The position numbers and the translations under genes were made by a program. The notes under the pieces were generated by a model. The model worked only from the letters and a program-made list of their open reading frames with translations, searched no databases and was not told the origin of the DNA. From positions 1 to 30,204 of the forward strand of contig NIVC01000320.1 in NCBI GenBank assembly GCA_002269645.1: 30,204 nt of DNA, in the 5' to 3' direction. Shown piece by piece: positions 10,079 through 20,666 of the stretch. Position 1 is the first letter of the stretch. The number at the start of each line of letters is the position of its first letter. The DNA is from Macrostomum lignano (lineage: Eukaryota).

Positions 10079-10371
10079 TAGTTAAATAAAGAACAAGGAT
10101 CTTGTAGATTGTTATGATTTAGTTGGAGGCCTGGGTAGCAGAGCGGTACTGCGGCTGACTGTCGTGCATCAGAAGCGATCTACGGTGCCAACTCCTCTCC
10201 TCAGAGTTTGTTAAAAGTGCGCAATGAACTTTTGCCAGCCAGCGGATGTCTATGGTAGGAGTGGGGTCCATCCTGTGTCCGCAAACTTTGTTCCAAATAA
10301 GCAACTGCTTCGCGAACCCAAGCTAATCTATATATAGTCGTTTGAGCGTCTTAAATTGGGAATCGAAACAA

Positions 10372-13300
10372 ATGTCAACTCTGCGGACCGTCCAGCTGGT
10401 GGCGGATGCTGGCAGCCTGCTGCTGACCGCGCCAGCCGCTCTGGCCGGCGTCGTGTGCAGCTGCCGGACCGGCGGCCTCGGGGTTGGCCGGCACTCGCCG
10501 CTCGACGGCTGTCGCGTCGTCCCCATTGCAGGAACGACGGCCGCTGCCGCCTCCGGAGTCGCTGCCACCGTGGAGGTGACCATCACCGCCTTTGAAGTGG
10601 CCCTGCTGATGGCTTTCTGCGGACTGCAGGCGACCCGGCTGATCGTGGCTCGGAGGCTGAATGGTGAGGCCTGCTGAGTCCGCGGCTTGTTTGCTGCTCT
10701 CGTTGTGGCTGGGGTTGTGCAGGGCCGCTCTGAAGGGCCTCTGGTGTTCTGAATGAACCTGTTTTGTTTCTGTACGATTCTTAATGAGTCCGTACGGTTC
10801 TGAGGGGGTTTGTATGGTTCCTGAGTGGAGTCTGTACGGTTTGAGGAGTCTGTATGGTTCCTGAGGGTCTGTACGGTTCTCAGAGGGTCTGTACGGTTCT
10901 CAGAGGGTCTGTACGGTTCTCACAGGGTCTGTACGGTTCTCACAGGGTCTGTACGGTTCTCAGAGGGTCTGTACGGTTCTCAGAGGGTCTGTACGGTTCT
11001 CAGAGGGTCTGTACGGTTCTCAGAGGGTCTGTACGGTTCTCAGAGGGTCTGTACGGTTCTCAGAGGGTCTGTACGGTTCTCAGAGGGTCTGTACGGTTCT
11101 CAGAGGGTCTGTACGGTTCTCAGAGGGTCTGTACGGTTCTCAGAGGGTCTGTACGGTTCTCACAGGGTCTTACGGTTCTCAGAGGGTCTGTACGGTTCTC
11201 AGAGGGTCTGTACGGTTCTCAGAGGGTCTGTACGGTTCTCAGAGGGTCTGTACGGTTCTCAGAGGGTGTGTACGGTTCTCACAGGGTCTGTACGGTTCTC
11301 AGAGGGTCTGTACGGTTCTCAGAGGGTCTGTACGGTTCTCAGAGGGTCTGTACGGTTCTCAGAGGGTCTGTACGGTTCTCACAGGGTCTGTACGGTTCTC
11401 AGAGGGTCTGTACGGTTCTCAGAGGGTCTGTACGGTTCTCAGAGGGTCTGTACGGTTCTCAGAGGGTCTGTACGGTTCTCAGAGGGTCTGTACGGTTCTC
11501 AGAGGGTCTGTACGGTTCTCACAGGGTCTTTACACTGCTTTATAAAACTCCCAGCTATTTAGTTAAGCCCTGTAATTCACCTTCTACACGATGGTGGCTA
11601 GTGGTACACCTCCATGGCAACTTTCATACAGTGCTATATTTGTATCGCTCAGTCACCATCGTCCTGTCATTGGCCTTGTCCAGTGCTCTAGCGGCTAAAT
11701 TGCTGGGCAATTTCTTCAGCGCTCAATTTGAGTTCAGCTGCGCCTGGCGGCTTTGCTTCATCCGGAAATCCCCAGCTGCCTTCTTGCCTTTGTGGCCTTT
11801 GCTTTCGTCTGTCTGTCTGCTGCGCGCACCTGAGCGCCACCTCTGCCGATCAAAGAGGGGGCTTGCTTGCAAGGCTGAGAAAGAGAATTTGATTAATTTT
11901 CTGCATGCAAAAACTGCTTTGCGCCTTTGGCGCAATCTGTAGCGACAAAATTCGATCGATCATTTCGCTTTGAAAGATCTTCGATTCTAAACATCGATGG
12001 GATCTGGGGCTTTCATGTCCCAATGGGATTCATTTGGGATCTCTAGCTAGTGTGAGATGGGACTCATTCGGGATTTCTGGCTAGTGGTAGATTGGATTCA
12101 TTTGGGATCTCTAGCTAGTGTGAGATTGGATTCATTTGGGATCTCTAGCTAGTGGTAGATGGGACTCATTCGGGATTTCTGGCTAGTGGTAGATGGGACT
12201 CATTCGGGATTTCTGGCTAGTGGTACTTTCAGCTGGGATTAATTTGGGATCTCTAGCTAGTGTAGATTGGATTCATTTGGGATCTCTAGTTACTTTCAGA
12301 TGGGATTCATTTCGCATCTCTAGCTACTGTGAGATTGGATTCATTTGGGATCTCTAGCTAGTGTGAGATTGGATTCATTTGGGATCTCTAGCTAGTGTGA
12401 GATGGGATTCATTTGGGATCTCTAGCTAGTGGTAGATGGGATTCATTTGGATCTCTAGCTAGTGTGAGATTGGATTCATTTGGGATCTCTAGCTAGTGTG
12501 AGATGGGATTCATTTGGATCTCTAGCTAGTGTGAGATGGGATTCATTTGGATCTCTGGCTAGTGTGAGATGGATTCATTTGATCTCTGGCTACTGTGAGA
12601 TGGATTCATTTGGGATCTCTGGCTAGTGTGAGATGGGATTCATTTGGCATCTCTGGCTACTGTGAGATGGGATTCATTTGGCATCTCTGGCTAGTGTGAG
12701 ATGGGATTCATTTGGCATCTCTGGCTAGTGTGAGATGGGATTCATTTGGCATCTCTGGCTAGTGTGAGATGGGATTCATTTGGCATCTCTGGCTAGTGTG
12801 AGATGGGATTCATTTGGCATCTCTGGCTAGTGTGAGATGGGATTCATTTGGCATCTCTGGCTAGTGTGAGATGGGATTCATTTGGCATCTCTGGCTAGTG
12901 TGAGATGGGATTCATTTGGCATCTCTGGCTAGTGTGAGATGGGATTCATTTGGCATCTCTGGCTAGTGTGAGATGGGATCCGGGAACTCTAGTCACTGGG
13001 AGGACTGATTCGGGCTTCTTTCCTTCGCAGGCAGTCCCTCGGTCTCCTTGCTGCTGAACATGCTCGCCACCGCCCTGCTGCTCACCGCAACGTCAGTCCT
13101 GGCCGCAAACAACCCGCGCATTCTTCTGTACAGCGGCCCGTTCGCCCTGCTGCTGCCCGCCCTGCTGTCGAAGCTGGCCAGCCTGACCGTCGGCATCGTT
13201 GCCGAGATGTCGCCTCGCCGTTCGGACGGCGACATTGTCGAAAATCCCAATGCCGTTGTGTCAGCGGAGCAGCCAGTGGACGAGAAGACGCTGGGCCTGG

Positions 13301-13470
13301 AGGAGCAGCTGCTGTACGCTGACCAGGACAGTCTGGTGTACAGCTTCCGCGACGATGGCACCCTGGAGTGGCGCATGGGCTCCCGGCAGGGCAGCTGCAC
13401 CAACTTGGAGTTCAGCAGCTCCCGACTGAGCGCGTGCGGCCCCGGCAACTGCAGGGAATCGCTGAACTAA
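10372..13470 (+). CDS. Two-exon multi-pass membrane protein of unknown family (exons 10372-10663 and 13031-13470)
   Basis: AAACAA-ATG at 10372. The phase-1 donor AATG|GTGAGG (10664) matches the phase-1 acceptor TTTCCTTCGCAG|GC (13030), giving ..RRLNG-SPSVSLLLNML.. in frame. There are four to five hydrophobic segments and a polar C-tail. Confidence 0.6.
10765..11530. repeat. 20-bp minisatellite (AGAGGGTCTGTACGGTTCTC)n, intronic
   Basis: Period 20, degenerate at the 5' edge. Confidence 0.95.
11998..12980. repeat. ~34-bp minisatellite (CTGGCTAGTGTGAGATGGGATTCATTTGGCATCT)n, intronic
   Basis: Heterogeneous 5' half, homogeneous 3' half; ends ~50 nt before the 13030 acceptor. Confidence 0.95.
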
Positions 13471-14786
13471 TTATCCGCTCAACTCCCTCGCGATAAAAAA
13501 CTGAAGAAGCGGCCTCAGAAACTGAGATTAATGTGTAAATTTTTCACCGAACCCGAACCGGCGCAATATTGATAAACACAGAAATTCGCATCCCAGTAAA
13601 AATGGATTTCAGAACGAGATTTTTCTACTTATAGTAGTAACCTTATCAAATTGATTGCACTAATAGAAATATTTCGTACTTTTCACTGCTGTATTTACGT
13701 AGAACTTTGATTGACTTAACTGTAATATCGGTAACTTCCGTGGTGATTTCGGCCCGAATTGATGCCTAAAAAAACCAGCGAGTTCACCTGCCGGACGTGG
13801 AGAAAGACGTTCAGAAACGCAGGGGGGAGCTCAGCTTAAGGGAAACTCGGGCAGATAGCAGTTAGGTTGTTACTGTTGAAGTCTTTATTGTAGCTGAGGC
13901 AGCGGGGTCTTTCACCTCCCTCAACGGTACGGTGGGCTTCTCTTCAACGAACCGAGTCACAGTACTCAAACATCGGTGGTACGCAATGCTATCTTCAATG
14001 ACTTCAGTCGGCCGTGATTCTCTTTATGTCGAGGTCGTCTCCAATCTCAATTCCTTCTCAATTCCTTTCAGTCGGGTGAAGCTCATACCGGCGTTCGCTT
14101 GTGCTGCCAAAATTGAAGTCACCTTGCTATGACCGTAGATAGAGTCCTGTGCACGGTTGCCAGTAGTGATTAATTCGCTAAATTAGGACTTTTGAGCAAC
14201 CCTAACTCACTGCCACTGACCTGGGTGCAATCCGTGATAAGGGTTGCTTGGATACTGATTGGTAAGCAAACAAGCGCGAACTTTATGAATGGGCCAGCAA
14301 CCTTCCTAAAGTTCCGAGTGCTGTATCCGAGAGCCCAAATGCTGTCATTCAATGGACAATAATTAGCAATTACTTCCTGTTTCCATATTCTACCCAGCAA
14401 GCGGAGTGGATTTGAGGACAAGGGCAGCAGAGGGAAGCCAGAATTAATCACTTAGCCAAGTTTTGGCCAGAAGTGACTCTAAATTCACTCACATGAAACA
14501 ATTTTTCCTAGTATCCACTCACCAATGCGACACAAACCTGCCTGTCGCCTAACAATTTGGCTTGCGATAAAAGCGTCCCTTCTGAGAGCCTCTGACCACC
14601 GGAATCACAACTCAATTTGCTTTCGCCCAGCTTACTCTATAAATCTACACGGGAAACGCCGAAGCTCAGAAGCAAAGCTGTGGAGACCCTGCAAGCAAAA
14701 GTTAATCTTCAGCCGCACCTCCTACTTTCACAGCGTTACCATGACTACTGATGCAAAGAGCTCGAGTCAAGGACTACTTAAGTAGT

Positions 14787-14822
14787 CCTTGGCTCGAGTT
14801 CGACCTTGGCTCGAGTTCGACC
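14787..14822. repeat. Exact 17-bp tandem duplication CCTTGGCTCGAGTTCGA x2
   Basis: Copies at 14787-14803 and 14804-14820, in the ENaC N-terminal region. Confidence 0.9.
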
Positions 14823-14850
14823 AGCGGAGCGCTGGTGACGCAGGTCCTGT

Positions 14851-16545
14851 TTGGAAGCGGCCAGCGAGACCACAGCCCACGGGCTCAGCAAGCTGGCGGG
14901 CCAGAGGCCGCTCTACATCAAGCTCTGCTGGCTGCTGGCCTTCCTGGCCCTGCTGGGGGTGTTCACGTACAGCATGCACGGATTCACCACCAAGCTGCTC
15001 AAAGGCGAAGTCAGCACATCTTACGAAGCTGAGGCTGTGGACTTTGAGTTTCCTGACGTGTACTTCTGCAACAACGTCCAGATATCTGGCACCTACTCTG
15101 TCACGCTTCCCGGTGCAGTTGTCGCCGACATCAACAGCCGGATGAGCGCCACTTTTGCCGCCTTTGATTCCGCGACGCAGCGGCTGCTCAACTCGTCGCT
15201 CTCGAGCGTCACCGCGTCTCAAATCGATCACATGAAGCTGTTCAGGCTGAAGTCCGCCATCCAGTCGATGCCGTACAGCCTGCTTGTGGACAATCTCGCT
15301 CACAAGGAGCAGCAGACGGTGCTGAAGAACGAAAGCAAGTCGGGCATCTCCCTCAAGCCCTTCTACCATCCGAACCACCTGAAGTGCCTCAAAGTCGAAA
15401 TGACCAAACAGAGACGCGCTCAGCTGAGCAAGGTCAATTCGGAGATCAGCTTCCAATTCATCCTCGATCCGTACTTCACCGAATTCAATTATACGCTTAA
15501 CTATTCTGCTTATGACCAGGTGCAGAGCGTAACTGTGCCATTGTACAACAACCTAACCGCATACGTGTATGATTGGGACCTTGATACTCCATATGAGATC
15601 GACAGACCTATGGGAATGAGGCTGTACCTGGCACCGAGGGGAGAATATCCGAGCAGGTTTGTAACAAACTTTCTGCTTGCTCCAGGCAGATCTTACAGCA
15701 TTGGACTCACCATGCAGAACATCAAGAAGGATCCGAAAGCATACGATGGACAGTGCCTGACCGAGGCTCCCGAGGTGCAGTTTGTCAATCCGTACAATGC
15801 CTCGGCGTACAATTTCAGCTACAGCAACAGCTTCTGCTACTTTTCAGAGTTTGCCCGGCAGCTGTCTCAGAACGGTTGCAGTCCATATGTGAACCCGCTG
15901 CCATGGGAGTACAGAAATGTGAGATTATGCCTGAACACGAGCGACCTAAATGAGTCAGAGATCCAGTCGAATCTCATGCATGCCTTCACGGCTGACACGG
16001 CTACGCTGAAAGACTTCCAGCGGCTGTGCCAGAACAGGCAGCTGTGCCTGACCCTGAAGTACGAGACCAGCATTTCCAGCGCAAATTGGCCAAATGAGAA
16101 TGGACAGGTTCGCCTAATTATGAACACCATGAGGACCGTCTTTGATGTTTCTCCGACTGTCTCCAGACCTGCGTGGGTGGCTTTTTATTTGATTTTAGAA
16201 TACCATATCAAGTCTGGGAACATTCCATTTGCGGAAAGTATGGCATCGAAGGTCTTCTCGCGCTCAGGCCTGAAGGTGACGCTGCGTAGCGAGGAGTCGA
16301 GGAGCTCGCAGATCATTCTGTCGCCCGGCTATTCTCTGCAGACTTACATTGCCGATATGGGCGGCACTGCTGGCATCTACCTGGGCTGCAGCCTGCTTAG
16401 CCTGTGCGAGCTCATCGAGCTGCTTTACAACCTGATTGTCAGAACTCGGAGACAGAGGAAGTCCGGCAATGTTGTCCATGTGAGCGCCGCGTCCCCGGCT
16501 GTCAGCACTGTGACTTCGGACAGCCTCAAACTGGCCAAGAAGTAG
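14851..16545 (+). CDS. DEG/ENaC (amiloride-sensitive/ASIC-like) sodium channel subunit, intronless over this ORF; true start probably at ATG 14741 or 14751
   Basis: Pre-M1 ETTAHG motif, TM1 (LCWLLAFLALLGVFTY), FPDVYFCN (family FPxVTxCN), Cys-rich ectodomain, and TM2 region YIADMGGTAGIYLGCSLLSLCELIE (family GG-x-x-G-x-x-x-G-x-S filter). Confidence 0.95.
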   Translation: MEAASETTAHGLSKLAGQRPLYIKLCWLLAFLALLGVFTYSMHGFTTKLLKGEVSTSYEAEAVDFEFPDVYFCNNVQISGTYSVTLPGAVVADINSRMSATFAAFDSATQRLLNSSLSSVTASQIDHMKLFRLKSAIQSMPYSLLVDNLAHKEQQTVLKNESKSGISLKPFYHPNHLKCLKVEMTKQRRAQLSKVNSEISFQFILDPYFTEFNYTLNYSAYDQVQSVTVPLYNNLTAYVYDWDLDTPYEIDRPMGMRLYLAPRGEYPSRFVTNFLLAPGRSYSIGLTMQNIKKDPKAYDGQCLTEAPEVQFVNPYNASAYNFSYSNSFCYFSEFARQLSQNGCSPYVNPLPWEYRNVRLCLNTSDLNESEIQSNLMHAFTADTATLKDFQRLCQNRQLCLTLKYETSISSANWPNENGQVRLIMNTMRTVFDVSPTVSRPAWVAFYLILEYHIKSGNIPFAESMASKVFSRSGLKVTLRSEESRSSQIILSPGYSLQTYIADMGGTAGIYLGCSLLSLCELIELLYNLIVRTRRQRKSGNVVHVSAASPAVSTVTSDSLKLAKK

Positions 16546-16617
16546 GCGGAGTCGGTACGAGTCTACTTCTACGAGTCGGATGTTCTTGATAATTGATCGA
16601 CTATGTAGAAATTATTC

Positions 16618-16623
16618 AATAAA
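16618..16623 (+). promoter_or_regulatory. Candidate polyadenylation signal (AATAAA) of the DEG/ENaC gene
   Basis: First AATAAA, ~70 nt after the stop, in AT-rich sequence. Confidence 0.5.
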
Positions 16624-17017
16624 CTTCAGTCGCTTAACAAATTATTGTTTTTAAAACGATGTCCGAACATAAAGACTGGATGATTATAGTTGAGCCTCAG
16701 CCAAAGTTTTATTCAACATAATTTAACACAGATTAAGGCAACGATCATAGAGAAATTTCATTCGTCTGTCTTTGCCGATGCACCTTGGATAAAAATACAA
16801 AGTGCTACTATTATCATATTTTTAGAAAGGTAGCTGAATAATACAATCTTATTGGAAAACTAAATTATTAGTTACGCTCGTATTACTATTTTTAGTGAGC
16901 TGATGAAGATTTTAAGTGGAAAAAATAACGCAACGAAAATTTCAATGCATACAATCGTACTAGTAAGTAGATACTGTTAGTAGTGTAAACTGCGCATTTG
17001 TTCAACTTCGCCGCAGC

Positions 17018-18346
17018 TCAGTCGGTGCTCATGTCGGTGCGGTCCAGGTCCTCTCTATCTTCTTCGTCAACTTCGTCCACGCCCTCTCGCTTGGAGGAGC
17101 GGCGGTTCGACGAGTTTTGAGCGGTGTTGGAGGAGGAGGAGGAGGAGGGAGAGGACTCTTCGGAGTCACCTGCGGTGCCGGCTTTTCCGTTTTCGGAGGC
17201 TTCGCTGGCGGATGATTTGATGGAGCGACCGGTCTGAAATGAACGAGTGCACGAGGGGCAAGTCAGGGTCTGGACGAGAGTCTGGACGAGAGTCTGGGCG
17301 AGAGTCTGGGCGAGAGTCTGGGCGAGAGTCTGGGCGAGAGTCTGGGCGAGAGTCTGGGCGAGAGTCTGGGCGAGAGTCTGGGCGAGAGTCTGGGCGAGAG
17401 TCTGGGCGAGTCTGGGCGAGGGCCGGGGGAAGGGCAGCCAGCAGCCGAGGCGCTCACCAGACGTCCAACCAGGTGGCTCCCAGCCTCGGCCAGCCGTTCG
17501 GTGGCGCGGGCGCCCAGCCGGTGGCCCAGCTCGTAGGCCATCGCCAGGCTGTGCGCCGGATCGGCCAGCTCGGCGGCCTCGGACTCTCCGTCGCCAGACT
17601 TCTTCTCGGCTTTATTATCGTCATCCTCGCGCTCGACATTCTTGGCGTTGCCGTTGGACGTCTCGGCCGGCGACTCTTCCTGCGATTTCTTTGCAGTCTT
17701 CTCGTCGGGCCCCGGCGGCAGGTAGCGGTCTACGCCGTCGCCGAGCAATTCGATCAGCCGGTCGAAGCGGCGCAAGCCGGACTGGCCCAGGCGGCTGGCC
17801 ACAGCGCGCCGGTAGCCCTCCAGGGTGGACGACTTCACAGACTCCGCCTGCGGAATACGGGGGGGGGGGGCGGGGCGCGGCATTTGGTTTGGTGGGCTTT
17901 TGCTACCCCTCTACTCTGGCTACCTCATTAGCTACCCTACCTACCCCCAATATCTACTACCCAACCCCACTCACCGTAGCGGCGGCAGCGGTAACCGGAC
18001 TCAACAGCAAGTCCACTTTCGGTTTCACAGCAGCGCTGTAATAATCCCGTCCTCGCTTCATCACCTCGTCAGTCGGCTCCAGCACAGTCGGGCAGGCGGT
18101 CTCCAGCCGGTCAAGCAGCTGCCGACAAGCCAGACGGTCCAGTCCGGCTGCCCGTTCCTCGTAGCGGCTCAGCAACGGGCTGGCGGTCTGGGCGGCGCGC
18201 CTCAGGCCGCTCTCGGCCAGATCGGCGGCCGACTTGGCGTAGGCGCTGCGGTCCTTGGCCCAGGCGAGGCCGGCAGCGGCTTGGCCGTAGGCGGAAGCCA
18301 CCACGGGATAGGCGGTCAGGCGGTTGAAGAAATCGGAGGCGACCAT
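17018..18346 (-). CDS. Perilipin-family (PAT domain) lipid-droplet protein, 3 exons, 325 aa
   Basis: Exons 18346-17975, 17847-17458 and 17233-17018 (TGA). Both introns are GTGAG..CAG and phase 0, with no frameshift. The N-terminus matches the PAT pattern (RLTAYPVVASAY..AK..SAADLAESG..ASPLL..ACRQLLDRLETACPTVLEP), and VDRYLP is present in exon 2. Confidence 0.88.
17268..17421. repeat. 12-bp minisatellite (TCTGGGCGAGAG)n in perilipin intron 2
   Basis: About 12 copies between donor 17457 and acceptor 17234. Confidence 0.95.
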
Positions 18347-19481
18347 TGCTTACAGAATGTTTGTAGTCTGGCTCAGAGCTTTGGTAGAATTCAGAATTCA
18401 GACTTGTTGACTCAGACCGCGTGTCTGTCTGCTGAGGGTATTATTTATAACCGGAGAGTGAGAGAGAAATTCAAGCCTACCGTTGGGGGTGCGAGGTGCA
18501 ATGTGCAAGAGCGTGACTAAGGCCTGAGAGAGAGCAGAGAGTTTTACCTCCAACCCCCCCCCCCAGTGCGCACCCACCGACCTTCGGACCTCCCCCCCCC
18601 CACTCTCAAGAAGCGTGCAATTGCGTGTCTTGAATAATAATAAGGTATTTAGTTGGACTGGTTGGTTAGTGCGTGGCTAAAAACACAGACAACCTTAGCT
18701 GGGGCTCCTTCTGTCTCTCTCTGTGACTCCTAAGTCGGGTTCAAAGTCCATACACCACTCTTAAATCAGCATGCTTGCATGCCCCAGATAATCTCTGCTC
18801 TCCTTTCACCGCCACGTGACGCGTGATTCACACATTAAAGTTAACTGAGTTGTTTTCGATCTGTTTACTGAATTGGCCGTAGCACTGAATGTAATTACGA
18901 GTTGTGATAGCTCGCACACGCAATTCACATGACATTTACCTATTACCTCCGGTTTTGAGCGGCTACTCCAAATTATCGCTAGTAGCTCTGCGGGTCAAAG
19001 ATCGCTCAAATCAATGTACAGTTGGTTCAGATCAATGTTAAAACTGATTTGAGCAAAATTTATTTAATCCGCAGAGCCACTAGCGGTAAACCGGCCTTAA
19101 CAGTTAACAGTCTACCTGATCACGCTCGCACAGACCCCAAAGGGCATAGATTCACTATTACATTACGAAATAGTTGATTGCACGAGAGGTCAAAGAATTT
19201 TCCTAACACGTTGTGACAATTAAGGTTATTCTTTTTTGTGTTTTTGCAAATTTGACACGTAACTGTCTGAATTAAGGTATCAGGATTAATTAGAGATGAA
19301 AAAATCCTGGGATGTTCATCTGTGCCATTTTTTTAAAGAAAACAACAGGTTAAATTCTTAACTTTTAGTTTTTGCCACTTTTTACTCAGTGTTAGAAAAA
19401 TCTATCACATCTGACACTTAATGCAGTGCTCACAGCCACCTAGCGAATCAACTACTCGTAATTAGCTCTGATTATACTCCC

Positions 19482-20630
19482 GAGACCGAGGTGCTGGCTG
19501 TGTCGGCCGACATCCCAGCGGATCTGACGTGCCGCGGCGCAGACGGGCAGACGGCCAGGTTCGCACGCTGCAAGTGGTTCACCTCAACCGCAGAGACCTC
19601 AGAGCAGTTAGCATGGCCCTCTCCGGGCATGGATGCTTCTCTCGCCACCGCTTCCTTCAGGGCCAAGTACCCGAAGAGCGGTGCCCCTTCTGCCGCTCAG
19701 GCAGTGAAAACACTTTTATCTGCCACTGCCCGGTTTTCACCAGGGCCAGGCTCACTCACCTCGGGCCTAACCCGGTTCTCTCCGACGTTTGCAGGCCCGA
19801 GAGCATCCCGCTGCTTGCCCGGTACCTCAGGGACACGGGACGAGCTGACTTCTTCCCCACCGCCGGTGAGGAGGACCGCGCTGCAGGCGAGACCGACGGG
19901 TCCCCTTGAGCGACAACACTTCAACGAAAGTCATTGGTCGCCAGGGGCTAGCGAAATGGGCGGTCCCCTCCGCCTCCTCGCTGCATCCGCCGGACGCCCC
20001 CTGCAGCTAAGTCAAGTGGTTCACCTACCTCGGCGGTCTGGTGCCTCACGTGGAGGAAGACCTCCGGCGGCGCAGAGGACGTGCCTGGGCGGCCTTCCGT
20101 TCGATCCGGGCCGACGTCCAGTCCGAAGCGCTGCCCAACCGCCAGAGGGCTCGGCTGTGGCAGGCGGTGGTCGAAACCGTCCTGCTCTACAACGCCGAGA
20201 CGTGGACGCTGACGGCTACGCTGGAGCGGCAGCTGGACTCGGCGCACTCAGGGCTGCTCCGTGCGGCCTTTCGAGCTGACGAGAGCGTCGGGACCGAGGC
20301 CCTGTACGATCTGGCCAAGCTGCATCATCCTCCATCATCCTGCGCCGGCGGCGACTTCAACGGGCGCGCCACGTGATCCGGGCCGAGGGCTACTGCACCC
20401 AACCTGTTCAGGACGTCCTGCTGCTCACCCTGCAGGGCCCGTTGAGGCGGGGCCAGTCTTAAACCCGTCGATACGTAGACTGCCTCCTACGCGACGCCGG
20501 GGGCGCCCGACACTGCCAACGGGGCGGACTTTGTCCGCTCTCAGGCTCTGCGGCGCGCCATCCGACGCACCCTGCTCTGCGACTTTGCTTGTGGGGCTGC
20601 GTAATTTATTGTTGTTGTTGTTTGCTGTTG
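19482..20630 (+). mobile_element. 5'-truncated RTE-clade non-LTR retrotransposon (RT C-terminal region), degenerate and interrupted
   Basis: Reads ETEVLAV..CKWFT|YLGG..DLRRRRGRAWAAF..RLWQAVVETVLLYNAETWTL..LLR, then RRRRLQRARHVIR..GPLRRGQ..YVDCLLRD, which is the RTE thumb/C-terminal pattern. It has a (TTG)n-like 3' tail and an exact 10-bp TSD TTATACTCCC (19472-19481 and 20631-20640). Confidence 0.88.
19585..20012 (+). mobile_element. 3' fragment of a second non-LTR retrotransposon (C-terminal CCHC-type zinc-knuckle region, I/Loa/R1-like) nested in the RTE
   Basis: ORF segment ALSGHGCFSRHRFLQG..CPFCRSGSENTFICHCPVFTRARL..LG, stop at 19909, then a ~100-nt 3' UTR. Flanked by an exact 14-bp TSD CAAGTGGTTCACCT (19571-19584 and 20013-20026). 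Confidence 0.85.
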
Positions 20631-20666
20631 TTATACTCCCATTCGGAATATTGACCAAATCGATTA

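Noticed and set aside
4528-12980. CRISPR-like appearance of the 30-34 bp repeats
   Set aside because: The units are head-to-tail with no unique spacers, there are no cas genes, and the context is eukaryotic.
13866-14150. Minus-strand near-open frame with an ankyrin-like IYGHSKVTSILAAQAN
   Set aside because: Only one partial motif, an internal stop, and no second repeat or start.
17239-18520. Plus-strand ORFs opposite perilipin, and other antisense ORFs over ENaC, SAXO and WD40
   Set aside because: These are shadow ORFs of GC-rich coding sequence; the opposite strand has family motifs and consistent splice sites.
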